Origin: a virus | Lineage: Duplodnaviria; Heunggongvirae; Uroviricota; Caudoviricetes | Length of the DNA: 64,000 bases | IMG/VR virus record: IMGVR_UViG_3300036945_000956 | Strand: one strand, 5' to 3' | Shown here: positions 48,008 through 57,773 of the stretch, piece after piece | Layout: every line of letters starts with the position of its first letter | Position numbering within the stretch: the first letter of the stretch is position 1 | Translations under genes and position numbers: made by a program | The notes under the pieces: generated by a model | What the model saw: the letters and a program-made list of their open reading frames with translations, nothing else | Databases searched by the model: none | Told to the model about the DNA's origin: nothing

Positions 48008-48628
48008 CTATGTCCATAAGCTTTCAAAATAAACACCAAAAAGTCTGAAGCCATTACTCATGCGATCTTGGTGCGCTTTCAACCCTTCATAATCACATTT
48101 AAATTTATCGTTGGGTTCGTTGTAATACTGACTTGACCAGTCATAGCTCGCTTTGCTTTCAAATGCCCAAATCATTTCATCAATTACGTAATCCCAACGT
48201 TTGATAATCAAGCTGTCATGATCTGGGTGTTCAGCATCCTCAACTACTTTTTTGTTTCGAAGAGCTTTAGGAACATCAATATCATCTACCCAACTTGAAC
48301 CACGTTTATCTTCTTTTACTTTTTTTAACAAAGGGTAAATGATATGAGCGAGAGTATCATCAGCACTCCATGCATCATAGTTGTCAATATGAACATTGAT
48401 CTTCTGGTCTGTTCGTTTGTCGAAGATCTTGTTGACTGTCACATTGTAGATAACCTGCAAAGTGTCTTCAAGTTTCTCAAGGAAGCTTTCATAGATATTG
48501 TGATTGTTTTCCCAGTTATAACCATAACGTTTTTTCATATAATTACAATAAACGTTGCTGTGCCAACGATGGCGATACGGTCCGATGTGGATTTTCATTA
48601 GCAGGTCACTTTCATAAATGTTGGACAT
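48008..48628 (-). CDS. Hypothetical protein (206 aa)
   Basis: ORF with no recognised motif. Confidence 0.4.
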   Translation of the reverse strand: MSNIYESDLLMKIHIGPYRHRWHSNVYCNYMKKRYGYNWENNHNIYESFLEKLEDTLQVIYNVTVNKIFDKRTDQKINVHIDNYDAWSADDTLAHIIYPLLKKVKEDKRGSSWVDDIDVPKALRNKKVVEDAEHPDHDSLIIKRWDYVIDEMIWAFESKASYDWSSQYYNEPNDKFKCDYEGLKAHQDRMSNGFRLFGVYFESLWT

Positions 48629-49005
48629 TGTGCGTCATTACAAACATATCCCATGACGCCAGAAAGATGGATACCACACTTGGGACATTGTGGCTTTGGA
48701 TTATCTAGGGTTGGGTATTTGATGTAAGGGCGAGGGAAACTCGGTGTTTGCTCCATAGGTGAATGCCATGGTTGTCGTTTAACCATTTCAACCATATTAT
48801 TCCACGTCTGAATGATGTCGCGTTCTTGAACTGGCTCTTCCCAATCTTCAAGAAGTTCCATCAGTTCAAACAACGACATTTTGTTGATGTGTTCTTCGAA
48901 TTGTGTTTCTGGAGTATCTCTGTAATGAAGTGGTGGAGGTTCATGCGGTGCTTGATGTTCGATCCACCATTTTTTATATTGTGTGTAACTATTCATTTTG
49001 CCCAC
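48598..49005 (-). CDS. Hypothetical protein with a C-terminal zinc ribbon
   Basis: CPKCG...CNDAQCP. Confidence 0.4.
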   Translation of the reverse strand: MGKMNSYTQYKKWWIEHQAPHEPPPLHYRDTPETQFEEHINKMSLFELMELLEDWEEPVQERDIIQTWNNMVEMVKRQPWHSPMEQTPSFPRPYIKYPTLDNPKPQCPKCGIHLSGVMGYVCNDAQCPTFMKVTC

Positions 49006-49156
49006 TTTGTTTTAATATTGCCACAGCATTCGCATTGCAGTGTGTACCTATTTGCTAGACCGCTTGAAAAGTCGTTGTCATATCTAACATCTTCGGTATT
49101 GATAATCTTCCATTTGTGCCAGCAACCACTGAACAAAAATCCAATAAGTTTAAACA

Positions 49157-49534
49157 TCAGTTAATATCCTCATCTTGCCATTCTTTTGTATATATTACGT
49201 TCGAGGGGCGATTGTACTTCTCAACAAGAGGCTTGATCTGATCACGACGATAACCAGCAAGGCCACAGCCAATAGGAGTCAGCATAAACTCGTCGTCAGG
49301 ATGCGCTTCTGCATGTCTTAAAAACTCAGCAATGTAAAGCTCAATCTGATTTAGAGGCAAAGTATTTAATTGCCTATCCTTGGTTGGCAGAGCATACGAC
49401 ATACCGGTACGGCCAACACCAACACCATACTCTGCGCCATAATAGTTCATAGCATAAAGAGCTGCACCAGCGCCATGACGACCAGCAAGGTTCGATCCGA
49501 ATACGAAAATCTTAGTCATTCTTTGTTCTCCCAA
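49157..49534 (-). CDS. Small Rossmann-like protein with a Gly-rich FVFGSNLAGRHGAGAA motif (possible SLOG/LOG-like nucleotide-binding fold)
   Basis: 125 aa. The motif resembles the GGxRGxDxxA of DUF2493 and DprA SLOG proteins. Low-certainty family call. Confidence 0.3.
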   Translation of the reverse strand: MGEQRMTKIFVFGSNLAGRHGAGAALYAMNYYGAEYGVGVGRTGMSYALPTKDRQLNTLPLNQIELYIAEFLRHAEAHPDDEFMLTPIGCGLAGYRRDQIKPLVEKYNRPSNVIYTKEWQDEDIN

Positions 49535-49830
49535 GAGTAGTCTCGTTTTACTGGCCCAGAAGGAATTGCTACAATATCAATTTTGATTTTGACTTCTCGA
49601 CCCAACTCAAAAATTTGATCGTAGTCAGCACGATACGCCGAATGTTTGAACACTGCAGCCAAGTCAGTAATAATGACAGGTGGTTTTTCAGCACTAACCC
49701 AGACGTATTTTGGTTTTGGTTCAGCTTTCATAGTTCTCTCCGTTTGTAGTTGAGACACATCGCCCACTAAACTAAAGTGTATACACTGCTTATTACCGCA
49801 AACAGGATACTCTCTTGCTTCTCGCATCAC
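49516..49830 (-). CDS. Hypothetical protein
   Basis: 104 aa. Confidence 0.3.
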   Translation of the reverse strand: MMREAREYPVCGNKQCIHFSLVGDVSQLQTERTMKAEPKPKYVWVSAEKPPVIITDLAAVFKHSAYRADYDQIFELGREVKIKIDIVAIPSGPVKRDYSWENKE

Positions 49831-50084
49831 GCCACAATGTGGACAGGGTGTTGGTCGCCAATCTGTGTTGTTTATTTAGTTTACCTCATATTCAAATGTT
49901 TGAGTTTCATATCCTTGGCTTTCATACCAGTCAGAGATGTATCCTGCAAATTTTGGATCGGATTCAACACGTTGACCAATCTTGATCAAACCTTCGTAGA
50001 TAGCAATCACATAACGTTTCATCATATATCCTTTGTTCATAATCATAAGTAAGTTATACCATAAACAAAACCAAATGTCAACAA

Positions 50085-50306
50085 CTATTTTACCTGAAAT
50101 GTACCAATTGGGCTATTCAGTGCAATTTGGAACTGCTCAAACATTTCGGGTGACATACCAACTTCCTTAAAGTTTTCAGAATCTTCATCCCACTGTCGGA
50201 TGATAACAATATCCTCATACAAATAGATTTGTACATCTTCATAGAATCCACCATCATCTAGAATTGTTACAATTGTTTCATCATGATCCATTTCATTTGT
50301 GAACAT
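50085..50306 (-). CDS. Hypothetical acidic protein
   Basis: 73 aa. Confidence 0.3.
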   Translation of the reverse strand: MFTNEMDHDETIVTILDDGGFYEDVQIYLYEDIVIIRQWDEDSENFKEVGMSPEMFEQFQIALNSPIGTFQVK

Positions 50307-50320
50307 CCATATACTTTCTA

Positions 50321-51169
50321 TTAAACTGGCAGTGTTGCGCCGACATCTTTTGGTTTACGTTTTGCTCTGGGTTTGATATTAGTCGGAAATGCTTTTTCAT
50401 TATTAATCTTTGCAATGTTATTTGAGTTTTTTAACCCAGCATTTGCGCCAATCAAAAGCAATACGGCAAGAGGATCAAAGACAAAAATAATGATCAGAAT
50501 AATAAGACGAACGGCATGTTCAATTGTGGCCGTTTCTGAATTACCATACACAATCTCTGCAACATACTTCAAAGGGCCAATCTCTGTTTCAAGAGCAGAT
50601 GCTTCAATATCAACCTTTTGTTTTTCCTCAAGTAGTTTTGATACTGTGTTACTATTTGATGCAATTAAAGCATTCAAAGAATCACGTTCAGCTTGTTGGT
50701 TATTCCTAACAGCAACTGCACCTTCAGCACCACGAATCCGTTGAGCATCAGTTAATGCTTTTACAACAGAATCCAAATTAGCCAATGTTGCACGTGCAAG
50801 TGCAATATCCTGATTTGCAATATCAAGTTTCATTTGAATAGCGTCTTGGTCAACAATAGAGATAGAAGACTTGGACGACTGGTCTATATGTGCTTTCGAC
50901 AGATAACCAAAGATACCAATGCTAGTGATAAACATTAGCACAGTCACAGCCAGCATCAGGTAGTATCGAACAAAGCGTGGTGCGATAGTCCAGTTCTGAT
51001 AGAGCCAAGAAGTCGTGACAACCTTAGCCACTTCAAGTGTAGAACCCATCACCACAATAGGCCAGAATGATGCTGCAAAGATTGCAGTCAGACCGATGAT
51101 TGAGTAGTAGGCAGCAACGGCTGATAACGATAGCGATACCAGTAGTGCTAGAATGTTAATAAACTTCAT
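50321..51169 (-). CDS. Membrane protein with 4 TM segments and a central coiled coil
   Basis: 282 aa. Hydrophobic helices lie at the N-terminus and at residues 230 to 250. A long Ala, Leu and Gln-rich helix sits between them. Confidence 0.45.
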   Translation of the reverse strand: MKFINILALLVSLSLSAVAAYYSIIGLTAIFAASFWPIVVMGSTLEVAKVVTTSWLYQNWTIAPRFVRYYLMLAVTVLMFITSIGIFGYLSKAHIDQSSKSSISIVDQDAIQMKLDIANQDIALARATLANLDSVVKALTDAQRIRGAEGAVAVRNNQQAERDSLNALIASNSNTVSKLLEEKQKVDIEASALETEIGPLKYVAEIVYGNSETATIEHAVRLIILIIIFVFDPLAVLLLIGANAGLKNSNNIAKINNEKAFPTNIKPRAKRKPKDVGATLPV

Positions 51170-51345
51170 TTTATGTCTTTCTACTTGTTTGGATCGACAA
51201 TAAGCAACATATTATTTAGACTGCAATTAATATGATTACCATCTTTTGGGATAAATTCCACAATCAAATCTGTATCAATATCTAGAATTTTTGCAAAGTG
51301 CTTCTTATAGTTTATATAGTTCATTTTTTATCCTTTGGTATTGTT

Positions 51346-51561
51346 TCATTGATCCTCTGTCCATCTTTTGTCACAGTCGGGGCAGTAATGTTTAATCCAG
51401 TAGCAATCATCACCACGGTCCCAGTTACCTGTTGAACTATCTCTTTTGCTAATCGATTTTGGATGCAAACATTCTTCTTGCAGCGCCTTGTATGCAAGAT
51501 GCCACTTTCTTTGATGTTTCATAATCGTTTGATATCTGCGTCTTACTTGTGCCGGAGTCAT
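51346..51561 (-). CDS. Small zinc-ribbon protein
   Basis: CLHP...CPDCDKRW. Confidence 0.35.
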   Translation of the reverse strand: MTPAQVRRRYQTIMKHQRKWHLAYKALQEECLHPKSISKRDSSTGNWDRGDDCYWIKHYCPDCDKRWTEDQ

Positions 51562-51908
51562 TATGTTTGTCCTGTCATTTTCAAGAATTCATCAAGTTCC
51601 AACATATCCATATCCGAATCACCACCATTATACCAATGGCATTTGTATGGTCGTACTCTATCCATATGTGCTTCAATATCAAATTGTAATAGATCATAAA
51701 ATGGTGTTTTTGAATGAGTATCAGTCAATCCAAAAGTAATACCGTATTCACTACTATCTTCAGCAGTATAAGCAAGGGTTCCTTCATAATTGATCCGAAT
51801 GCTTGATCCTTGATCATAAAGCAATTCATTCCATTTGTCCAGTTCTTCTTCTGTTAGTTTACGACTCAAAGGAGCCATAAGACCTGCAGATGTTACATTT
51901 CTACTCAT
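51561..51908 (-). CDS. Hypothetical protein
   Basis: 115 aa. Confidence 0.3.
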   Translation of the reverse strand: MSRNVTSAGLMAPLSRKLTEEELDKWNELLYDQGSSIRINYEGTLAYTAEDSSEYGITFGLTDTHSKTPFYDLLQFDIEAHMDRVRPYKCHWYNGGDSDMDMLELDEFLKMTGQT

Positions 51909-52297
51909 AACGTAATCTTTCCGATAATTTCATCAAGTTTTTCTAGAATGGGATTGAGATGATCGAATGTTTTGTGCCCGTAATGGTAGCGCAGATCATT
52001 CCGCAAATTAATCAATTCATAAGACAACTCTCCATAGACTTTATTGACAATAGCGTGCCTCATCCGCTCAACCGCATAATCAATCACCTTTCCACCAGAA
52101 GCGTTAATTGCTTCTTCTGCAATCCATTCACTGGCGCCAAGAGTCACAGTAATTACATATTCCCTTGCATACTTCCCTTGCCAGTCTGGTTCTTTATCAC
52201 CAATAAGTTTAATCTTATACAAAGGTTCTTCAATGTGACTCCTATGTCCAGTTGCAACTGCTTTAATACCATCAACTAGTCTCATTTTATAATCCAA
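51905..52297 (-). CDS. Hypothetical protein
   Basis: 130 aa. Confidence 0.3.
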   Translation of the reverse strand: MDYKMRLVDGIKAVATGHRSHIEEPLYKIKLIGDKEPDWQGKYAREYVITVTLGASEWIAEEAINASGGKVIDYAVERMRHAIVNKVYGELSYELINLRNDLRYHYGHKTFDHLNPILEKLDEIIGKITL

Positions 52298-52303
52298 TCC
52301 ATG

Positions 52304-53017
52304 TTAAGTTTTTAATTTACAATTGTCAAAATGCCATCTATTCATTACACCACCAGATCCTTTTTTGAGACAGTGTGGGCACATAACCTCAACAATCTTT
52401 CCACAATTTTTGCCGTGCCACTTTGTATAATTGCCAGGATCTGATACGACACCACACTTTTCACATAGCATGTTTTTATATGGAGTTTTATTTCGTAATA
52501 AAGACATGGTAGAAGATTGTTTAATTCTTGATGGCTCTAACATATTTGTAACCCATTCGTCACTTTCTTGTCTTGCCTTGTATTTTTCTTTTATAGTATT
52601 AGATTTTTTTAATCCAATAGTTTGCAACCATTCTTCACTATTGGTTGTGATTTTTCTTTTTTCAATTGCAGCAGGAGTATTACATTTACTGTAATCAATA
52701 AATGGTGATGTATCCCCTCCATCCTGTCCATTTTCAGGTTTCAGATTAGACCATTCATCACTTTCAACAATGTTTAGTTTTCTACTCAAATCCAAAGCAT
52801 ATTTAACGATAGAGGTGTCAAAGAACCAATCACTATTCCAAATGTGAATAGCAGCGGCTTTATGTTTTTTTAGATGTCTTTGCCACACGGTGCCGGATCC
52901 CGAGTAAGATTTAATATCATTTGAAACTGATTTTCCTAAATAGTTTAGGCCACAATGAGAGCATTGTTTGTGATAGATACGAGTGGGCTTTTTTAAAGCC
53001 TCATATAAATAAGTCAT
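52304..53017 (-). CDS. GIY-YIG-like homing endonuclease (divergent), C-terminal CPHC...HFDNC zinc finger
   Basis: N-terminal YLGKSVSN..YSGSG. The C-terminus CPHCLKKGSGGVMNRWHFDNCK is near-identical to the 54477 endonuclease. It has the same 65 bp leader. Confidence 0.5.
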   Translation of the reverse strand: MTYLYEALKKPTRIYHKQCSHCGLNYLGKSVSNDIKSYSGSGTVWQRHLKKHKAAAIHIWNSDWFFDTSIVKYALDLSRKLNIVESDEWSNLKPENGQDGGDTSPFIDYSKCNTPAAIEKRKITTNSEEWLQTIGLKKSNTIKEKYKARQESDEWVTNMLEPSRIKQSSTMSLLRNKTPYKNMLCEKCGVVSDPGNYTKWHGKNCGKIVEVMCPHCLKKGSGGVMNRWHFDNCKLKT

Positions 53018-53089
53018 GCTGGAACTCCTATATTGTTCTAGAGTAGGTGGGGATACTGGGGAGTCTCCCGTGACCTACATGACTTATTT
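53015..53089 (-). promoter_or_regulatory. Late promoter TATAAATA plus conserved 65 bp leader (hairpin GGGAGACTCCC, SD TAGGAG) of homing endonuclease copy 1
   Basis: The 65 bp element is repeated identically at 55236 to 55300. tatttata at 53082 to 53089. Confidence 0.55.
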
Positions 53090-53098
53090 ATATTTTTA

Positions 53099-53428
53099 CT
53101 ACTTTATAATATAGTCAAGATTAAGCCAGTCAGTATCTTCTGGCATCAATTCAACTTCAAACAATGTACTTTCTTTCATGTGAGTCCAAATGCCTGAATT
53201 GTTCCTACGAATACAATATGCAGTTTTGATACACTCATAGCAGGAGCCAGATGCGCCATAAAACAAGAATGAATGTTCACTCTCCTCAACACGAACAATA
53301 CCACTGTTAATCCGCCAAGTGTCACTGTCAAGATACCCACCGGATGTCCCAGCAAGAATACGATAATGAGTTGGTTCATCGTTATATTTGTATTTAATCA
53401 CAACCCAATTATCTGGAATGTATGTCAT
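53099..53428 (-). CDS. Hypothetical protein
   Basis: 109 aa. Confidence 0.3.
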   Translation of the reverse strand: MTYIPDNWVVIKYKYNDEPTHYRILAGTSGGYLDSDTWRINSGIVRVEESEHSFLFYGASGSCYECIKTAYCIRRNNSGIWTHMKESTLFEVELMPEDTDWLNLDYIIK

Positions 53429-53730
53429 TTCTTGTAATATTCCTTATACAGATAAGCAATCTTTTTGATTTCAGGATGCTTTCGAATCCATTGACCAGTC
53501 GATGGATCGAAGTGTTTCTTAAAGTAATTATCACACTTTTTGTTGCCAGTGTCAATATTTAAATTGACTTCCAGGCACATTTTGTCAAACTCAGCATCTG
53601 ACATAATCGACTCATCAAGATACTCATATGCATATGCGGCAACAGATAACTTAATTCGGCGCCGCACTTCAACTTCAACTGAGTTACCCCAAACTGGTAC
53701 AGGTTCATCAAAAAATGCTTCAAGACTCAT
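53425..53730 (-). CDS. Hypothetical protein
   Basis: 101 aa. Confidence 0.3.
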   Translation of the reverse strand: MSLEAFFDEPVPVWGNSVEVEVRRRIKLSVAAYAYEYLDESIMSDAEFDKMCLEVNLNIDTGNKKCDNYFKKHFDPSTGQWIRKHPEIKKIAYLYKEYYKK

Positions 53731-54377
53731 AGTTCAACATCCACATAATCAAGAATACCAATGCACTGGAACATTGTGCGACCATGCTTGTATTGCATAG
53801 TGTGGTGCCAATGACCAAAGTACCACTCGTCAGGCTGATGGATATCAAACATCTTCTGAAGGTAATTGCCAGTTCGAGTAGGATAACGAGGACCTTTTAA
53901 AAACCCAGTATCCCAGAACATATGACCAGCAATCATATGAGGACAGTCATGGGTGATCATAACACGAGGCTTAACAGTGCTATAGACATCTAGCATCTGC
54001 TCAAACTGTTCATGAGAACATTGTTCATCAGCCCACCAGTCATAGTTTTCTGTGCGCTTGAGCCAACCATCAGGCGCATCTGGATTATCAATCGACCACG
54101 CACCACCAATGAACATCACATCACCTTCGACTGTGCCATCTGGAATACAGCTTGGCATGGTCTTGCATAAAGCAGGATGATCATGATTACCCCGAATGAA
54201 GCGATGACCGCCTAACTTATGAAACTCTGATACAGAGTTCAACCAGTAGTCGCCTTGACCAAAGCCAATGCCGAAGTCGCCAATCTGAATGGTTGGTCCT
54301 TCAAAGTTATCAATTGCGTATGCTTTACAGTCATACACAGCACCATGAATATCACCAATCAATCGTGTTAGAGTCAT
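53727..54377 (-). CDS. Calcineurin-like metallophosphoesterase (Ser/Thr phosphatase-like)
   Basis: GDIHG, GDFG, GNHD and GHWH motifs. Confidence 0.65.
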   Translation of the reverse strand: MTLTRLIGDIHGAVYDCKAYAIDNFEGPTIQIGDFGIGFGQGDYWLNSVSEFHKLGGHRFIRGNHDHPALCKTMPSCIPDGTVEGDVMFIGGAWSIDNPDAPDGWLKRTENYDWWADEQCSHEQFEQMLDVYSTVKPRVMITHDCPHMIAGHMFWDTGFLKGPRYPTRTGNYLQKMFDIHQPDEWYFGHWHHTMQYKHGRTMFQCIGILDYVDVEL

Positions 54378-54476
54378 TTATCAATCTCCAATACAGGAAC
54401 CCCTGCTTCTCGTCCAATTTTTATCATATGGGCAGTACCATTACCGCCTTTAAAAGCTACTATAACATCATTTGTA

Positions 54477-55238
54477 TTATTTGTCAATATTTGATTTGCA
54501 ATTATCAAAGTGCCATCTTTTCATACTATTGCCCTTACCGTTTTTTCCACAATGTGGACATTCAATAATGGGATTGTTTAAATGAGTATTTTTCATTTTT
54601 AATTTTGTTTCTTCTGATACAATTTTATTCTTTTGCGATTTGCTCATTTTTTTACGAGATTCTTCTGAAAAAGTCCTGCCTATTTTTGAATTTCTCATTT
54701 TTGTTTTTGTTTCTTCAGAATATTCACGGCCTTTCAGTGATTGGCCTATCTTTTGCTTTGTACTCAAATCGTGTTTCTTTCCCAATCTGGACTTTCTCAT
54801 ATTGTTTCTTTCAATATCTGTTCTTTCTCGGGTTTTTAGTTTTTGTTTAGTCTCTTCTGATAATTTGTGATCTAAATGAGAATTACTCAATTTTCTTCTT
54901 GTTTCTTCTGAGTGTTTTCTTCCTTTGGCTTTTCTTGATATTTTATCCCTACTTTCTGCAGAAAGTTTTCCAGAACCATCCCCATTTTCTTCCATTAGGT
55001 TTGCAAAGTCTGGGTTTTCAATAATCGACCAAAGTTTAGAATAATAAAGACCTATTTTCTTCAATTCATCTTTATCTCTACAAATATCTAAAATATCAGT
55101 TTTAACGTCATTGCCATGTACTGAAATATGCCTTAGCCAGTATATACCCGAGCCTTTATATTTGAATGGATCTTTTGTAGTCTGACCTAGGTATTTTTTA
55201 CCGGTAATGTTGTGAGTTTTTAAATATAAATAAAACAT
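54477..55238 (-). CDS. GIY-YIG homing endonuclease with NUMOD3 repeats and a C-terminal zinc finger
   Basis: YLYLKTHNITGKKYLGQTT...YKGSG. It has five SEETxxKxS NUMOD3-like repeats. The C-terminus is CPHCGKNGKGNSMKRWHFDNC. Confidence 0.65.
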   Translation of the reverse strand: MFYLYLKTHNITGKKYLGQTTKDPFKYKGSGIYWLRHISVHGNDVKTDILDICRDKDELKKIGLYYSKLWSIIENPDFANLMEENGDGSGKLSAESRDKISRKAKGRKHSEETRRKLSNSHLDHKLSEETKQKLKTRERTDIERNNMRKSRLGKKHDLSTKQKIGQSLKGREYSEETKTKMRNSKIGRTFSEESRKKMSKSQKNKIVSEETKLKMKNTHLNNPIIECPHCGKNGKGNSMKRWHFDNCKSNIDK

Positions 55239-55314
55239 GCTGGAACTCCTATATTGTTCTAGAGTAGGTGGGGATACTGGGGAGTCTCCCGTGACCTACA
55301 TGTTTATTTATAAC
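55236..55314 (-). promoter_or_regulatory. Late promoter TATAAATA plus conserved 65 bp leader of homing endonuclease copy 2
   Basis: tatttata at 55307 to 55314. The leader is identical to 53015 to 53080. Confidence 0.55.
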
Positions 55315-55317
55315 ATT

Positions 55318-55698
55318 TTAATCTTTCACAAAATAAATTGGTATTCCTGCTTTTTTGGATATATTTACCATGTTAGCAGTTCCTTTTCCACCAGGAAAGG
55401 CAATTACTGCGTGTGGGTTTTCTGTCAACATCAATTTGTTTCGGATGGGTCCTGCTGCTTTTTTGTCTCGTTCCCAATTTGCATGGTATACTCTAACATT
55501 GCCGCCCTCAAGTGTGATTTTTCGCTCTGTCGCCCATACATGTGCAAGCGAGTCAGCACCTCGGCATCCTCCATGGATAAGCGTAAAAGATTTTCCTGCC
55601 ATGGTTACAGCTTGTAGTGCTTGATCAAGGACTCTAAAGAGTCTTTCTCGGTTGTCATAGTCTCTACCCCCACAAACAAGGACGCGGAATTCTTTCAC
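55318..55698 (-). CDS. DUF2493 / SLOG-domain protein (DprA/LOG-like Rossmann fold)
   Basis: VLVCGGRDYDN, LIHGGCRGADSLAHVWA, AAGPIRN, IAFPGGKGTANMV and AGIPIY. Confidence 0.6.
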   Translation of the reverse strand: MKEFRVLVCGGRDYDNRERLFRVLDQALQAVTMAGKSFTLIHGGCRGADSLAHVWATERKITLEGGNVRVYHANWERDKKAAGPIRNKLMLTENPHAVIAFPGGKGTANMVNISKKAGIPIYFVKD

Positions 55699-56008
55699 TT
55701 ACTCCAAGCCTTTGCAAAAAAATTACTCATTGTATCAGTCCCTGCACTATAACCAGCCAACCATGCAAGAAACAATGCCTCTGTCTGATCATTCCGCAAA
55801 AGGTCTATTAGTTTATCCTTATGTTCTTCTAACCAAGTATCAAAGTCCATTTATTGCTTCACTTCCCTTACACAGATGATGTTTTCATGAGGAATGTTTG
55901 CTCTATAACAGTAAGTTCTAGCATCATATGGATGATTAAATGCTTCTAATAATCCTGATGCTGATTCCACAATCCAAAATACTCTGAGTTGTTGATCATT
56001 GGTATCCA

Positions 56009-56233
56009 TTATCGTTTCCTCAACTTCTCATAGATTTCATAACCAATCGTTCCAGGCAGAGACATCTGGAACTTGTTAAGTATAAAAGTAATCTCTTCCT
56101 GAGACAACTCTTCGTCTGGCTCCCAACCTTTTTCTTCACCCACAAACCAACCACGATTCTCAAGTTCGGCGATCAATTCTTGGTCGTCAACCGTGTCCAA
56201 TTCAAACTCAACATCCATATTAACGTAAGGCAT
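56009..56233 (-). CDS. Hypothetical acidic protein
   Basis: 74 aa. Confidence 0.3.
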   Translation of the reverse strand: MPYVNMDVEFELDTVDDQELIAELENRGWFVGEEKGWEPDEELSQEEITFILNKFQMSLPGTIGYEIYEKLRKR

Positions 56234-56416
56234 TTTACTTCTCCATTATTATATTAGTTTTATATCACAACCAACACAAAATGTCAATCCTTAATTGCAT
56301 CTTTAATAAAAGTTGTTGCTTTTACTTCTCCACAAGCAGCGCAATAAACTAGACTATATGGAAAAAGAAAGTCACCATATTTCAGATGACTTTCTTTAAT
56401 TATAATAATAGTATTA

Positions 56417-56911
56417 CTACAACACTTCACTTCTTGATGAACCTCGGCCATGAGCAATACCATCAGCACCAAACGAAGCAGCCCATGACTCAGGTTTTAG
56501 TTTTGGAACAATACCAGTCATGCCAAGAACGTAACCGGCCGCTTCACTTGCAGCACAATTAGAACCATATTTAGGATCTGTATTAATATCAAGATGCAGT
56601 TCAACTTCAAATTCGTCAATAAAAGGCGCCAATTGAGTATATAGTTCACATACCTTTTGTACTTCTTTCATCATTCTCATCTTAGGTCTATTTGCTTTTA
56701 GATCATAGTTGGCTTCATGTGATATATGTGAGAAGATACGACAACCATTCTTACCATTCATATGAACAATAGCAACAGTAGCATACCTAGCCATAGCACG
56801 ATTATGTTTATCTACATATCGTACCGAATCACAACCTAGATATACCTTTGTTTCAGGATTCAATCCAATCAACAGATTCACCATATCTTCAATTTGTTTT
56901 TCAGTAAGCAT
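56417..56911 (-). CDS. Hypothetical protein, possible RNase H-like fold
   Basis: KVYLGCDS ... MRMMKE ... LHLDINTD resembles a D-E-D arrangement. Weak call. Confidence 0.3.
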   Translation of the reverse strand: MLTEKQIEDMVNLLIGLNPETKVYLGCDSVRYVDKHNRAMARYATVAIVHMNGKNGCRIFSHISHEANYDLKANRPKMRMMKEVQKVCELYTQLAPFIDEFEVELHLDINTDPKYGSNCAASEAAGYVLGMTGIVPKLKPESWAASFGADGIAHGRGSSRSEVL

Positions 56912-56993
56912 AATATTATTACCTTTCCATTACCTATAATTAATTATACACCTACCTACTTATATGTCAACTAAAAAGTAGATTCTAGACATA

Positions 56994-57030
56994 AAAAAAG
57001 CGGAGCACAGAGGCTCCGCTTGAGGGTAGT
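56994..57030 (-). terminator. Rho-independent terminator after speD
   Basis: AGCGGAGCCTCTGTGCTCCGCT hairpin plus T7 on the minus strand. Confidence 0.65.
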
Positions 57031-57040
57031 TTGTTACTGA

Positions 57041-57457
57041 TTAGCCAGCACTACGAGTAATAAAGTTAACTCGAACCTTAGTTGGCTTGAAGTATTTGTC
57101 AATAACATCTTGTGCAATGCCAATATCAACTGGTTTACAAGAGAAGATGTCAATATATGCATCGCCATTGGAATCAACAAGGTGACCGGTAATATTACTA
57201 GTTTCAATCATTTGACAGAAGCTAATACCTGCTTTATCAGCCGCATGAGTAGCAAAGTGTTCGATCATTGGCTCGCCAAAGGCTACCATGTCGATTGCAG
57301 GAACAAGTTCTTTGATAAACTTGTAAACATTTTCTTTGCTAGTGATAAGATCTTTATCACAAGCAGCGCAATCAAACATTGCCATATAACCCCAGTATGC
57401 CATTGAAACTCCTAATAATGAAAAATGGTGCCCCAGGTAGGAATCGAACCCACACAC
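57041..57457 (-). CDS. speD: S-adenosylmethionine decarboxylase proenzyme (SpeH-type, class 1A); probable start at the internal MAYWGY
   Basis: GYMAMFDCAAC resembles SpeH HLVAEFYECD. ...IETSNITGHLVDSNGDAYIDIFSCK resembles [23 protein letters not shown]. Confidence 0.55.
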   Translation of the reverse strand: MCGFDSYLGHHFSLLGVSMAYWGYMAMFDCAACDKDLITSKENVYKFIKELVPAIDMVAFGEPMIEHFATHAADKAGISFCQMIETSNITGHLVDSNGDAYIDIFSCKPVDIGIAQDVIDKYFKPTKVRVNFITRSAG

Positions 57458-57500
57458 TCGCCTTACAAGAGCGAACCTCTACCATTAAGGATACAAGGGC
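57426..57500 (-). tRNA. tRNA (anticodon loop CUUGUAA, probably Thr-UGU), CCA encoded
   Basis: T-arm GTGGG-TTCGATT-CCTAC. Acceptor 7 bp with one mismatch. Confidence 0.55.
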
Positions 57501-57504
57501 ATAT

Positions 57505-57579
57505 TGGAGCGGGCAATGGGGATCGAACCCACGACAATCAGTTTGGAAAACTGGAGCTCTACCACTGAGCTATACCCGC
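57505..57579 (-). tRNA. tRNA-Gly (UCC)
   Basis: GCGGGTATAGCTCAGTGGTAGAGC...TTTCCAA loop...GGGTTCGATCCCC...TGCCCGCTCCA. Confidence 0.7.
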
Positions 57580-57773
57580 ATTAAGTGTCTGTCTCTCCAG
57601 ACTGTCACATCAGCCCCAGAAGGCGTTTACCCGATGTTTGGTAGGTAGCTTCATATATTCGCACTTCACAAATTTATTACAGGATGGTCTGTGTGTGCAT
57701 TGAATGTACTATCTAACCATCTACAATAAGATCTTACGATCATGCTTGGTGGCAGTATCCATCCTAATCTTAT

